Below, piece by piece: positions 19,916-30,405 of a stretch of DNA of 64,000 nt; positions within the stretch are counted from its first letter, which is position 1; each line of letters starts with the position of its first letter. The position numbers and the translations under genes are program-made. The notes beneath the pieces were generated by a model. That model searched no databases, was not told the origin of the DNA, and saw nothing but the letters and a program-made list of their open reading frames with translations. The stretch is from an uncultured delta proteobacterium (lineage in GTDB: Bacteria > Myxococcota_A > Polyangia > Fen-1088): NCBI GenBank assembly GCA_963755125.1, contig CAVWIP010000011.1, positions 158,256-222,255 on the forward strand. Direction: 5' to 3'.

Positions 19916-20110
19916 CTAGTCGGCCCTCCTTGCCCGCGTCCCGGCTTGTCGGCCGGTTGCAAAGTGACATCGTCATCTTTGCCTTGCCATCTAATGGCGA
20001 TCATCTGACTTATCGTCATTGGCGTAACGACATATGGGAACCTAGTGTCCGACTGGGAGCCTGGCGCGACGTGCGAGCATGGCCGGCAGTCTACAGCATC
20101 TCGGCACAAG

Positions 20111-23100
20111 TCACGTCAGCCCCCAGAACGCGCCGCCCAGCATTTCGGCTTGCCAGTCCAGCACGGTTTGCCAGTCGGGCTTGTGGAAGTATGTGCCGGC
20201 GTGTTCGTCGCCCGGCCGCATGCCGCGCAGAAAACAGTAGAGCACACCGCCGAAGCGGCGTTCGAATGCGGCGCGATCGCTCAGCCCAGCCATGCGCAGG
20301 ACAGCCAGGGTGTAGAGTCGCGCCTGAATCTCGTAGTTGTTCTCGCAATGAATGCGCAGCCGGTCGCTGTCCCACGATGGAAGCCAATCGCCCTTCCAGT
20401 CGCACAGGTAAACGCGGTCCTCGTGCTTGAACAGGTAATCAATGAAGCCCTTGACCAGGCCGCGCTCAATGGACCAGGCGTGGCCGTCTGCTTGTGGAAG
20501 GCCAATCTGCCGCAGCAGGGGATGACTTTGTTCGGGGATCGGATACAGGAACTCAGTCTCCCGTAGCGACTGCTCTGCCAGGGCCAAGCCGGGGACGAGG
20601 CAATCGCCCAGGCGCAGCGGCGTGACCAGCGCGGTATGCACCAGGCGCGCAGCATGCGGGATCTGCCCCGGATCGCGCTCGTGGCGATGGGCGAGCCGGG
20701 CGAGAAGCTTCGCGATCTCGGGCCGTGCTGCCCATTGCGCCGAGGATTCGGAACTTGCCAGGCTATCGAGAGGAACCTGTTGCAAGATGCCGTGCAAGAA
20801 GATGCCAGACAGCCGCCCGCGCGCAAGCTCGTGCGGGTCGGCCGGCGCGGCCTCGGCTGGCTCTGCTGGCTCGTTGGCGGTGGACAAGTCTGCCGGGTCC
20901 TCGGGAACCACAAACCCGCCATGGCGGCGCTTCACCCCTGTGTACGACGTGATGACGAACCCGGCGCGCTCTTTGGCGATCCGGTTGAACTCACCCAACG
21001 GCACACCGGCCGGCAATTCGGGCGCCTGCCAGGCCGAAAGCGCCGCAGGCGCGGGAGCAGGCAGGGTCAAAGGCGGCTCGCCGGGACAGGCCACAGGCAC
21101 GCGGTGGAACAGCTTGGCGGTTTCGCCGTCCGCGAGCAGCTTGTCGAGGATGGGTCCCAGCAGACGGGTGGGACCGGTAAAACGGTTGCGGCCTGGTGGG
21201 CAGCGCGGAATGATGAGCCGAGCGCGGGCGCGGGTGAGCGCCACATAGAGCAAACGCCGGTCCTCGTCGGCGGCCTCGTTGGCGCAGATCTCTTGCTCTT
21301 CCGGAACCAGCGAGCCGAGGTGCACCACCCGTTGGCCTGCGCGGTCGTGAAACACATTGGGTGAACCACCTGTTTTGCGACCAAGTCCGCCGTACAGGAA
21401 GACCACGTCTGCCTCGAGACCCTTGGCTGCGTGGACGGTCATCACCTGCACGGCCTTGGCGTCACTTCCCAGGCGCTGCACGTTTCGCTCGTCGCCTGGA
21501 GGCAGGCGCGTCCCATTGACGTACGCCCCCAGCGTCTCCACCAGTTCGCGCAAGGTCGCATGGGTGCGCGCCGCCTCTTCCTGCAGAATCTCGAAAATGT
21601 GCAGATAATTCGTCAGGGCTCGCTCACTGCGGGCCAAACAAACTTCGCGACACACAATTCCGCTTTGCGCGAGGATGTCCGCAAAGAGAGCGCCGAAGTC
21701 ACCAGTCAGGGCCAAATCGCGCCACTCGAAAAGCCGGCGCAGCAAGGGATCCTCTGCCTCGGGCCGGTTCCGGCTCGCCAGATCCGCCAGGTCGAGCGCG
21801 AAGAACGCCGTCAACAAGGCACGCGCGCGCAAAGTCCGGTCTTCCGGTTCGGCAAGGGCGCGCACAAGGTCCAGCACGTCCTTGGCCTGGCTGGTCTGGA
21901 ACAGCTCGTCTTCCTTGTAGAAGGCGAAGTGAATGCCCGCAGCGCGCAATGCCTCGCCAATCTCGTGGCATTCGTTGTGGGTGAAGGCGAGGACGAAGAT
22001 GTCGCGGGCCTCGATGGGCCGCCGCTTCTCCCCGTCCTGGACGAAAAGCTTGCCGTCCTCGGACAGCAGACCGCGAATTTCCTGCACCATCTGGCGCCGC
22101 AAGGCGCGCCTGGTATCGGCCACGGGGGTAATGTCGCCCGCTGGCTGCACATCCAGCACCACCACGCCGGGCTGCGCCTGGGCGTGGGTCCCGCAAAGGC
22201 GTCGATCGAGGTGGCCGCAGGTCACCGGCTGGTCGTAGTCGATGCCGGCGCCAGCCCGGAAGAAGCCCGTCGCCGGGTCGAACACGGCGTTGTACCCGTC
22301 GATGACCGAAGCAGTGGAGCGGAAGTTCTTTCCCAGCCTGACCAGAGCGCCGCCGTTTTTCAGAATCTCCCGGCGCGCACGCAGGTAGGTGTGCACATCG
22401 GCGCCGCGGAACCGGTAGATGGCCTGCTTGGGATCGCCGATGACAGTCAGGGCATTTCCCTCGCGGCTTTCGAAGAAGAGACGCCGGAAGATGAACCATT
22501 GCGCCTCGTCGGTGTCCTGGAACTCGTCAATCAGCGCGTACTTGTAACGGCGGCGCAAAGTGGAAAGCAGCAACTGCGCCGGCCCGCTCTTCTCGGCCAG
22601 GCGCTCGGCCACCAGGGTCAACATGTCCTGAAAATCGTAGAGCCCGGCCGCACGCTTGTGCGCCTGCAGGCGCGCGCTGACCAGCGGTAAGAACTTGTGC
22701 GCCACTGCCGCGAGCAGCGGCGGCGTGACAGCTACCAGATTGGCCAGCGCGTCCCTCGCCTCGCGTACGCGCGGATCGGCCGCGCCTTTGGCCAACGCAT
22801 CGAGGAGATAGGCCCACACATCCTTCTTCGGGTCATCCGCCACGAAGCGATCCACCGCAGCGAGAAAAGCGGCCGGCGTGTCGGCGCCGCGGGCGTTGAG
22901 CACGATTTCCGCAAGGGCCACCAGTCGGGAGCAGATAGCCCCGGCCGTTCTGCCATGGACCTTGGCCTTCTTCAGTCGCTCGGCCAGCTTCGGATCCGCG
23001 GCGGCTTCCACTGGCCAGGCCGCGATGGCCGCAACCAGAGCCGCCTCGTCGAAACCCGGCTGCAAAGCCTGGGGCTGCGGCGGGAAGATGCCGGCCAGTT

Positions 23101-23686
23101 GCTTTGCGCACGCGCCGAGATCGGATTCCAGCTTGGCCGCGCTTCCGCCCGTAGCAAGCCAGGCGCGCAGATAGGGCTGCAGCTCGGGCTCCACCGCGAA
23201 ATCGCTCCGCAGGGTCTGCACGAAGGCGGTGTGAAAGGCCTCTTTCTCGTCCACCGCCTGCTCTTCGAACATGCGTTGGTGCAGGAAGGCGTGATCCTGC
23301 AGAATCCCGAGACAGAAGCCGTGAATCGTGGAGATGGTGGCACGGTCCAGCGCCAGCAGGGCGTCGCGCAGCCGACCGCGCGCTCTCTCGTCGATGAGCC
23401 AGCATTCCTGGTCGGGCGATCCAGCAGCGGCGGGGTGGTCAGCCGGAAGATGGCAAAGCTCGCTCAGCTTCTGGCGGAGGCGCAGGCAAAGCTCGGCAGT
23501 GGCGCGCTCAGTGAAAGTGACGACCAGGATCTCCTCCATGCGCGCGTTGTGATCGAGCAGCAGTTCAATGATCAGGTGCTCGAGCAAGAAGGTCTTGCCA
23601 GTGCCGGCCGACGCCTCGACCACGGCATGCCGCGTGCCGAGTTGATCGAGCTCAGGCGGTCGGGGATAGCGGATGACGGCGTTCAT
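20111..23686 (-). CDS. recB: Exodeoxyribonuclease V subunit beta (helicase-nuclease)
   Basis: ASAGTGKT, VTFT, STIHGFC, DEFQD, GDPKQAIYRFRGAD, TVHAAKGLE, LLYVALTRAR; nuclease GFID...DWK. Confidence 0.93.
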   Translation of the reverse strand: MNAVIRYPRPPELDQLGTRHAVVEASAGTGKTFLLEHLIIELLLDHNARMEEILVVTFTERATAELCLRLRQKLSELCHLPADHPAAAGSPDQECWLIDERARGRLRDALLALDRATISTIHGFCLGILQDHAFLHQRMFEEQAVDEKEAFHTAFVQTLRSDFAVEPELQPYLRAWLATGGSAAKLESDLGACAKQLAGIFPPQPQALQPGFDEAALVAAIAAWPVEAAADPKLAERLKKAKVHGRTAGAICSRLVALAEIVLNARGADTPAAFLAAVDRFVADDPKKDVWAYLLDALAKGAADPRVREARDALANLVAVTPPLLAAVAHKFLPLVSARLQAHKRAAGLYDFQDMLTLVAERLAEKSGPAQLLLSTLRRRYKYALIDEFQDTDEAQWFIFRRLFFESREGNALTVIGDPKQAIYRFRGADVHTYLRARREILKNGGALVRLGKNFRSTASVIDGYNAVFDPATGFFRAGAGIDYDQPVTCGHLDRRLCGTHAQAQPGVVVLDVQPAGDITPVADTRRALRRQMVQEIRGLLSEDGKLFVQDGEKRRPIEARDIFVLAFTHNECHEIGEALRAAGIHFAFYKEDELFQTSQAKDVLDLVRALAEPEDRTLRARALLTAFFALDLADLASRNRPEAEDPLLRRLFEWRDLALTGDFGALFADILAQSGIVCREVCLARSERALTNYLHIFEILQEEAARTHATLRELVETLGAYVNGTRLPPGDERNVQRLGSDAKAVQVMTVHAAKGLEADVVFLYGGLGRKTGGSPNVFHDRAGQRVVHLGSLVPEEQEICANEAADEDRRLLYVALTRARARLIIPRCPPGRNRFTGPTRLLGPILDKLLADGETAKLFHRVPVACPGEPPLTLPAPAPAALSAWQAPELPAGVPLGEFNRIAKERAGFVITSYTGVKRRHGGFVVPEDPADLSTANEPAEPAEAAPADPHELARGRLSGIFLHGILQQVPLDSLASSESSAQWAARPEIAKLLARLAHRHERDPGQIPHAARLVHTALVTPLRLGDCLVPGLALAEQSLRETEFLYPIPEQSHPLLRQIGLPQADGHAWSIERGLVKGFIDYLFKHEDRVYLCDWKGDWLPSWDSDRLRIHCENNYEIQARLYTLAVLRMAGLSDRAAFERRFGGVLYCFLRGMRPGDEHAGTYFHKPDWQTVLDWQAEMLGGAFWGLT

Positions 23687-26600
23687 GCGGTTTCCGCCTG
23701 CAGCAAGTCAAAGAAGAGGCCAAAGCGCTCCGCCGCCATGCGCGCAGCCGCTTGCGCCGGGGGCGGCTGCCATCGCTCGACGGCGTCGCGGATCGGGCCG
23801 TACAGGGTGCTGAAGCGCACGCGGCTGTTCTCGTAGTGCTGTTGGCGAAGTATCGCGGCCTGGTGCGCGACCGAAGTACCCTCGCGCCGGGCGCGGAACA
23901 CGGCCTCGCAGGGGAGAACATAGGCGTGTAGCCCGGTGGGCTCGCCGCGCCGGCCGGGCGTTCCGGTCAGCATGTCGCGCATCAGGCAGGCAAGGTAGTT
24001 GCGCGCGCGCGCAGGGTCCAAGGCGGCGAAGCGGCGCCGCTCGATTTCCTGCTTGTTGCCGTCGGTGAGCAAAAGCAGCCCGCGATGGCCGGCCTGTCCC
24101 AAGGACAGTCCAGCCGCCGCCAGCGCCACGTGATCGAGAAACGCGGCCAGGGATTCTTTGTCCCGACGGGCTTCTTCGTGAGGATCGTTGGACCGGCAGG
24201 TGAAGACGACCGAGGCACGCGGCTGGTGCGGAATCTCGATGAGAACGCAGGTCTGGCCGTGCAACTCGATCCGCGGAGAAAGTCGCGTTCCGCTTGCGGC
24301 CGGCGCAGGCCCAAGGTCGATCGAGATGGCAGGCAAGATGGTCTTGGCGTCGTCGTTCTCGGCTGCCCGGCCAAGGTGCAACACGCGCCCGTGTAACGGC
24401 CCGCCGCCCGCAATGCCGCCAAGCTGTTCGATCCACGTGTTCAGGATGGCTGTGTGCCTCTCGCGCTCGGCCTGACGAAACAAGCCGACCGGGGCGCGGC
24501 CCGCCAGTTCCTCGCGCAGACTGATCTCGTCGTACACGGCGGCCACAGCCTCACGCGATGGCACGGTCGATGAAGCCAGTACGGTTCTGGTCATGGCTTC
24601 GCGAAGACGCGCGGACCGAGCCAGCGCGCCGGTTGCAAACAACTCATCCTCGCGGTCGGCCAGCTCGTCGTCACCCAGGGTTTCGCGCAGACGCAAGCGA
24701 AAGCGTGCCGAGCCCTGCAGGGGATCCTCGAGAAAGCGACGCAGATCCGCTAGCGTGACAATCACACTGGCCGCTGGCTCGGGCGGCTCGGGTAGAGGTG
24801 CCAGCGGCGCGGGCAGCGACAGGCACGACGCCATGTCGGCGAATGCCGACGGCGAGAGCGCGCGGCGCAGATCCTCGACGCTCTCGGGAGCGGCGGTGCC
24901 TGCTGGCAGCGAGTTGCGCAAGGACTCGCCCAAGAGCTGAGCCGCATGCTCGGCGTGCGCGAGCGGCAAAGCGTCTAAACGGTCGAGGTCGGCGTAGCGA
25001 CGCAATGGCGGCCTCGGACCGTCGAACAGCTTCTTCACTTCAGCGTCTATCAGGTATCCACTCGACAGGATCTCGCGCAGCTCGAGCACCACCGGCGATG
25101 GCGGCCGCTGTTCGCCCGTGACCTCGTCGCGGCCCAGGTAGGAAAGCACCAGCCGGTCGCGCGTGCACAGCAGCGTCTCCAGGAACATGTAGAGATCCTG
25201 CTCGCGGGGCGTGACGTCGCCTGCTTCGCGCCGGGCCTCGCGCAGATCCAGATCTCCGCGGCGCGAGTGGCGCGGGAAATCGCCCTGGCCCAGTCCCAGC
25301 ACGAAAACCACGCGGAATGGGATGGCCCGCATGGGCACGAAGGACGCGACGGTCACGCCGCGCGCGAGGTATTGCCCGCGCGCGCCGGGGATGGACGCGA
25401 GCGCGCTGCGCACCAGCTCGGCTGCCACCCGGTAACTGACGGGCAGGTTCTGCAACCCCACATCTTCGAGATCGTCCAGCGCTGTCCGGCAGCGGCCGAG
25501 CAGTCCCTCCTCGGCGTCATCCACGGGTACCAGGTACGCGGCCAGCATGCCGCGGATGAAACTCAGCCACTCGGACAGCGGGCGCTCGGTCGGGCTGTCG
25601 ATCCCAGCGGCAAAGCGCGCGTCGGCGATGAGCGAGCGCACCAGCAGCGCAAAGCCGAGAGCGCTGCCGCGTTCGTCCGGGGCAGTCTCGACGGGTAGAT
25701 ACTGATTTCCGTCGAGGCTGACTGCGGTTTCATCGCCGCTGCGTTCCCCCGGCATGAAGACGCCGAGGGCCAGCCGACGCAGGCCCTGATCCCAGGTGAG
25801 CCGATCGCGATCCAGGTAGCTGCCGGCGAGATCCCGTCGATCGGCCCCGCGCACGATGCCCAGCTCGTCGATGAGGCGCAGCCAGTCTGCCGGGCGGGCG
25901 TCGGGAAAACGCGCCATCAGCGACGGGTGGGTGAGCAAGGGCACCAGCTCCTTGCGCGAAAACGACGAGAACGGCAGGTCGAGCAGCATTTGCGCGGCCT
26001 CGGCCAGCCGGTGCCCGCCGCCGAGAGGCAGGTCCACCGCGTGGTGGGGCAGGTCGTGGCTCTCGGCAAAGACCGCGCCGACCTGCGAAAGATAGGCGTC
26101 CTTGCGCAACTCGGGCACGATGACCGCGATGTCGTTGCAGCGCAGATCCGGCTGCGCGCGCAGGCAACGCCAGATCTCGGCCGCCACCACTTCCAGCTCG
26201 CGGCGAATGCCCGGGCAGGCCAATATTTGCAAACTGTCGTCGGCGCGCAGGGTCGGGTCGGGCTCGGTCCTTGCCGCTCGATCGAGGACGTCGTTCTGCA
26301 GCCGCGCCAACAGCGTGGGCGCAGCCGAGGCCGCGAAGTGTTCCTCGAAGTCGCAGTTGTCGATCTGGTTGAGCAGGCGCAGGTTCTCGCGGCCCGGCCG
26401 GCCCCACAGTCGCAAAGCGAGGTTCTCAGATGGATCGAGCAAACCAAAGGGATCGTCGAGTGCGTGGTCTACCTGGGGCGTCCTGGCGACGCGGCGGCGC
26501 GCCTCGGCCGTGGTTTCCACGTCCTCCCAGAATTCGCGGCAGGGGTTGAGCGTGTAGAGGACCACCTCGATGTGGCGCCCGAGCGCGGCCAGCATGCGAT

Positions 26601-27306
26601 GGTAGGCCGGCGCCGCGTACGAGACGCCGAACAGGTGCAAGCGCGGCCCGAGCTTTTCTGCCGCCAGCTTCCCCTGCGCCTCGGCGCGCGCCAGTAGCTC
26701 GTCGATGCGCAACCAGGTCACGCCCTCGGCTTGCGAGCGAAGGGCGATGCGGCCAGCGGGTCCGAAGATGGCCAGCCAGAGCGCACGCTGCCAGGCTTCG
26801 GTCGCGGCGAACAGATGATTGTCGTCGAGGGTTGTACCTGTCTCCCACGTCTTGACCATCTGGGCCCGCGATGCCGCGTATTCCTCGAAGAGCGGGCCCA
26901 GCCGGAAGGCAAGCTGGCAGCGCCGACGGTCGACGGCGTCGCGCGTCGCACCGCCCGCGAGAAGATAGTCGCGCACCGGCGACATTTCCCGCCGTTTGAG
27001 AAGGACGTCGTCGTGAAACAGCGCCAGCAGGTGCCCCTGGATCTGTTGCGCGTCGACCACGCGGCCATCGGGTATCGCCTGCTCGGCCACGTGGGCCAGC
27101 AGCCTGCGCAGAAACGTGACCTCCAGGTTGGCCGCAATCCCACACGCTCGCGCTACGCCCAAGCGCACGTACGTCTCCACGTTGCGATTGGGCACCACCA
27201 CGCGCACCGGCGCAAAGGGACCTTCGCTCTCCCGTTCGCGCTGCAGGTTGCGCACGAACGTCGCCAACAGCGCCTCGGTGCGGTTGGAGTAGCAAACGCG
27301 AACCAT
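23683..27306 (-). CDS. recC: Exodeoxyribonuclease V subunit gamma
   Basis: YSNRTEAL, LHLFG, NPCREFWED, PMRAIPFRVVFVLGL; 4-nt overlap with recB. Confidence 0.92.
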   Translation of the reverse strand: MVRVCYSNRTEALLATFVRNLQRERESEGPFAPVRVVVPNRNVETYVRLGVARACGIAANLEVTFLRRLLAHVAEQAIPDGRVVDAQQIQGHLLALFHDDVLLKRREMSPVRDYLLAGGATRDAVDRRRCQLAFRLGPLFEEYAASRAQMVKTWETGTTLDDNHLFAATEAWQRALWLAIFGPAGRIALRSQAEGVTWLRIDELLARAEAQGKLAAEKLGPRLHLFGVSYAAPAYHRMLAALGRHIEVVLYTLNPCREFWEDVETTAEARRRVARTPQVDHALDDPFGLLDPSENLALRLWGRPGRENLRLLNQIDNCDFEEHFAASAAPTLLARLQNDVLDRAARTEPDPTLRADDSLQILACPGIRRELEVVAAEIWRCLRAQPDLRCNDIAVIVPELRKDAYLSQVGAVFAESHDLPHHAVDLPLGGGHRLAEAAQMLLDLPFSSFSRKELVPLLTHPSLMARFPDARPADWLRLIDELGIVRGADRRDLAGSYLDRDRLTWDQGLRRLALGVFMPGERSGDETAVSLDGNQYLPVETAPDERGSALGFALLVRSLIADARFAAGIDSPTERPLSEWLSFIRGMLAAYLVPVDDAEEGLLGRCRTALDDLEDVGLQNLPVSYRVAAELVRSALASIPGARGQYLARGVTVASFVPMRAIPFRVVFVLGLGQGDFPRHSRRGDLDLREARREAGDVTPREQDLYMFLETLLCTRDRLVLSYLGRDEVTGEQRPPSPVVLELREILSSGYLIDAEVKKLFDGPRPPLRRYADLDRLDALPLAHAEHAAQLLGESLRNSLPAGTAAPESVEDLRRALSPSAFADMASCLSLPAPLAPLPEPPEPAASVIVTLADLRRFLEDPLQGSARFRLRLRETLGDDELADREDELFATGALARSARLREAMTRTVLASSTVPSREAVAAVYDEISLREELAGRAPVGLFRQAERERHTAILNTWIEQLGGIAGGGPLHGRVLHLGRAAENDDAKTILPAISIDLGPAPAASGTRLSPRIELHGQTCVLIEIPHQPRASVVFTCRSNDPHEEARRDKESLAAFLDHVALAAAGLSLGQAGHRGLLLLTDGNKQEIERRRFAALDPARARNYLACLMRDMLTGTPGRRGEPTGLHAYVLPCEAVFRARREGTSVAHQAAILRQQHYENSRVRFSTLYGPIRDAVERWQPPPAQAAARMAAERFGLFFDLLQAETA

Positions 27307-27503
27307 GAGCGGCCAGGATAACCCACAACGCGGGTGCATTGATGGCATGAAACGTGACGAATCGAGATCCCTGCCTCGCCCCGCATAGCGGGGAGAGGCC
27401 GCCGACGTCCGCGTCGGCGGGTGAGGGCCGCACCGAGGAAGCACGGAGCTTCGCTGGTTGCAGCCCGGGCGGCCCCCTCCTTGGAAACGGATCGACCCAG
27501 TAA

Positions 27504-28337
27504 CTAGCTGCTGGTGATCGAGAAGCCGGTAAATTGGAAAGTGGCGTCCGCACCGTCGGTTGCCACGATCTCGACGCCGAAGCAGATCTGGCCCAAGGTG
27601 GAGTTGGCAGGGAGCCAGCCCTTTGATATTGCCCAGTTGAAGATTCCAAGAAGATCGACGGTGCCCGAGGTAAAAACCACGGCCGGTACGAAGGCGATGT
27701 AGCTGCTGTCGGAAGTCTTCCACACGTCGTAGGCCCGATCGCCGAAGGTCACGTTCGCTACCTGACTGCCGGCCGGCACCTGATTGTAGTTCTCGGTCCA
27801 GATCATGAATTCGGTAGAATCACTGGTGGCAACGCCGTTGGTCCAGATGTCATAAGCGACGTCGTAGATGCCGACATGCGGACTCGACGCTGCAAAAGTG
27901 CTGGTGATGGTATTGAACGAGCTGATGGGCACGTTGCTGTAATCCTTGTGGACATTGGGATAGGTTTTGACGGCGCCGGCATTGTTGGTCTGGTTGGAAA
28001 CGACGTACCAGTTGTTGTACGAGCAGGCGTAGAGTGTTTCCGGACCCAGACCAGCGGAACTGTTCCACATGTTGTTGTGGACATAGTAACCGCCGTTGCT
28101 CCAGCCGCCGTTGGGATCCGAGGTTACGAATACGGGATTGGTGCACTTCAGCGCGCCTGTCCCACTGCCGGTACCAGTGCCCGTGCCGCTGGCCGAGTCA
28201 GTGTCGGTCGAGGTTGCCGTGCTGCTGGCTCCGTCGGCCCCGCCGGAATCCGTGGGCGCGATTTCGCCGGGTTGCTCTTTTGAGCAAGTAAGAACGAAAA
28301 TCGGTGCGAACGCGAGAACGAGTCCTCGTGGTGTCAT
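27504..28337 (-). CDS. Glycoside hydrolase family 12 lipoprotein
   Basis: Lipobox VLTC; NNMWN, VKTYPN, YDVAYDIW, EFMIW, FGVE. Confidence 0.85.
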   Translation of the reverse strand: MTPRGLVLAFAPIFVLTCSKEQPGEIAPTDSGGADGASSTATSTDTDSASGTGTGTGSGTGALKCTNPVFVTSDPNGGWSNGGYYVHNNMWNSSAGLGPETLYACSYNNWYVVSNQTNNAGAVKTYPNVHKDYSNVPISSFNTITSTFAASSPHVGIYDVAYDIWTNGVATSDSTEFMIWTENYNQVPAGSQVANVTFGDRAYDVWKTSDSSYIAFVPAVVFTSGTVDLLGIFNWAISKGWLPANSTLGQICFGVEIVATDGADATFQFTGFSITSS

Positions 28338-28900
28338 GAAGTCAGCCTTTCACACGGAGACGATTTCGTTGAGCCCCTCGATCACTCGGGCCATTTTTGC
28401 CCCTTCATTGGCATAGTCTACCCGCGGATCCTACAGGCTGTCCCCCATGGACTTCACCAGGCCAGAGAAGCGCTTTCGCGTGGCGCTCTGAGGAGGTCGA
28501 GGCTCCGTTGGCGCGGTCATGAGGATCCTCGTGGAGCAGGCACTCGCGACGGACGCGCTGGCCACGATAGACGCGGGCACGTCGAGAGTCCGAATCCTCC
28601 CGGTAAAATAGCGAACCGAGATGCGTCGGTCTGACGAAGCGTGAGTCAGCCTCTTCCAACCCTTCTGGGAAGACGCCACCCCGATCGCGTTCGCAGATCT
28701 GTTGGCGCGAGAGTTAGGCGGCTTTACCGCCCCTCAGAACTACCCGGCGTAAAACACCACAAGCCTGAGTCATCCGCGAGTGTCCGGAGTTGCGGTTGCG
28801 TCCCTGGCCTCCCCATGCCCGGCATCGAATGTCACAAACTCGCGGGCGATTGGTGTACCCTGAGACGGGAATCCACTGACCCAAATTGACGGAGGAACCG

Positions 28901-30286
28901 ATGCACGCGACGAGATACATCGGGCCGAGGGCATCAGGCATGAAGGGGAATCTCCTGGCCGTCCTAGCTGCGGGATTCTTGTTCGCCGCTTGTAGCACTT
29001 CCGGGGGCAGCTCGGCGGCCGATGGATCGGCCGGCACAGGCGGCACCGCCGGGACCGCGGGAACGGGCGGAAGCGCGAGTCCAGGAACGGCCGCAACAGG
29101 CGGAACCATCACCGCCACGACCGCTTTGACCGGTGGCGCGGCGACGGCGGGATCGGGCGGCACGACCAGCACGGCCGGGAGTGGCGGCACGACGACCGCT
29201 GGCGGCGGGAGAAGCACCGCGACGGGCGGCGCAGCGACGGATGCCGGAGTTGACGTTTCTCCGGATGTGCTGCACGACGGCCCTGGCAACGCGGCGGACG
29301 CCCGCGCTGACGTCCGCGCTGACGCCGCAATCGACGGGTCAGTCGATGCCGGCCCGCCTTCCGACGCCACGCCGGGGGGAACGATGTTCGTCGCGAACGG
29401 ACAAATCTTCGATGCGACCGGCGCGGTGTTCCTGCCCTGGGGTGTGAACAAGGCCCATGTCGACCAGGAAAATGTCGGGCTCGAACTCACCGGAACCAAC
29501 GCCGTGCGCGCGAATCTCTACTTCCGTTTGCCGAACGCCACCACGACAAACCTTTTCGATCGCTTCTACGCCGCGTACATCGTTGTGATTCCTGGGCGCT
29601 GGGATGCAACGTGCATCGGGGACAATACCTTCGCGGCCGCGCTCGCCTCCGAGGTGGATGCGTGGGTGGCCGAGGCCGCCGCGTGGAAGAAATACGAACG
29701 GGCCTCGATGATCAACATCGCGAACGAGGCTGGCCCCTCGAACTCGACAGTCTGGCGCGACGAGTACATCACCGCCGTCGGGCGCATGCGGACGGCTGGC
29801 TATGGCGGCCTGTTGATGATTGACAGCGGCGGATGCGGGCAGGACGTCGACGACATCGTGAAGTACGGCGCCGCTGTGCTCGCAGCCGATCCGCTGCAAA
29901 ATATCGTTTTCTCGCTCCACGTTTACGGGGACACTCCGGACGTCACGACACTGAACACCAACCTCGACCGGCTCAAGGCAACGGGACTTTCCATCGTGAT
30001 CGGCGAGTTCGGACCTGGCCGCGACATCGGGCCGTCGCCGACCAACCTGGCGCCTGCAGATTTGATGGCTAGCGCCCTGGCACGCGGAATAGGAACCCTT
30101 GCGTGGGCGGCCGATGACAACGACCTCGCGAATTCCATGGCTGACGACAACTGGTTTTGCATGTTCTACAACCTCACGAAGGCCTACGCGGGCGACGCCG
30201 CTGACCTGACGATCTTCGGCAAGGTCGTGGTGGACGACCCCACAGTCGGCCTTCTCGCAGTCGCGAAGAAAGCAAGCGGGTTCTGA
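28901..30286 (+). CDS. Glycoside hydrolase family 5 lipoprotein (mannanase-like)
   Basis: GGAGG SD; lipobox FAAC; INIANE (acid/base), FSLHVY, IGEFG (nucleophile), LAW. Confidence 0.85.
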   Translation: MHATRYIGPRASGMKGNLLAVLAAGFLFAACSTSGGSSAADGSAGTGGTAGTAGTGGSASPGTAATGGTITATTALTGGAATAGSGGTTSTAGSGGTTTAGGGRSTATGGAATDAGVDVSPDVLHDGPGNAADARADVRADAAIDGSVDAGPPSDATPGGTMFVANGQIFDATGAVFLPWGVNKAHVDQENVGLELTGTNAVRANLYFRLPNATTTNLFDRFYAAYIVVIPGRWDATCIGDNTFAAALASEVDAWVAEAAAWKKYERASMINIANEAGPSNSTVWRDEYITAVGRMRTAGYGGLLMIDSGGCGQDVDDIVKYGAAVLAADPLQNIVFSLHVYGDTPDVTTLNTNLDRLKATGLSIVIGEFGPGRDIGPSPTNLAPADLMASALARGIGTLAWAADDNDLANSMADDNWFCMFYNLTKAYAGDAADLTIFGKVVVDDPTVGLLAVAKKASGF

Positions 30287-30405
30287 CGGGGCAGGGTCTG
30301 CGAGAGACTGCGGCCGAGCACGCTCGCCACGCCCCTGAGTCGTCGAGCCTCGACGCGAGAAGTTTGCCAAGTTGCCTCTTGCCGCCGTTCTGTTATGCAA
30401 GACGC

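Noticed and set aside
28400..28880. Possible gene remnant or ncRNA between GH12 and GH5 (likewise 11730-12090 and 35300-35580)
   Set aside because: No recognisable protein motif or RNA structure that I can support.
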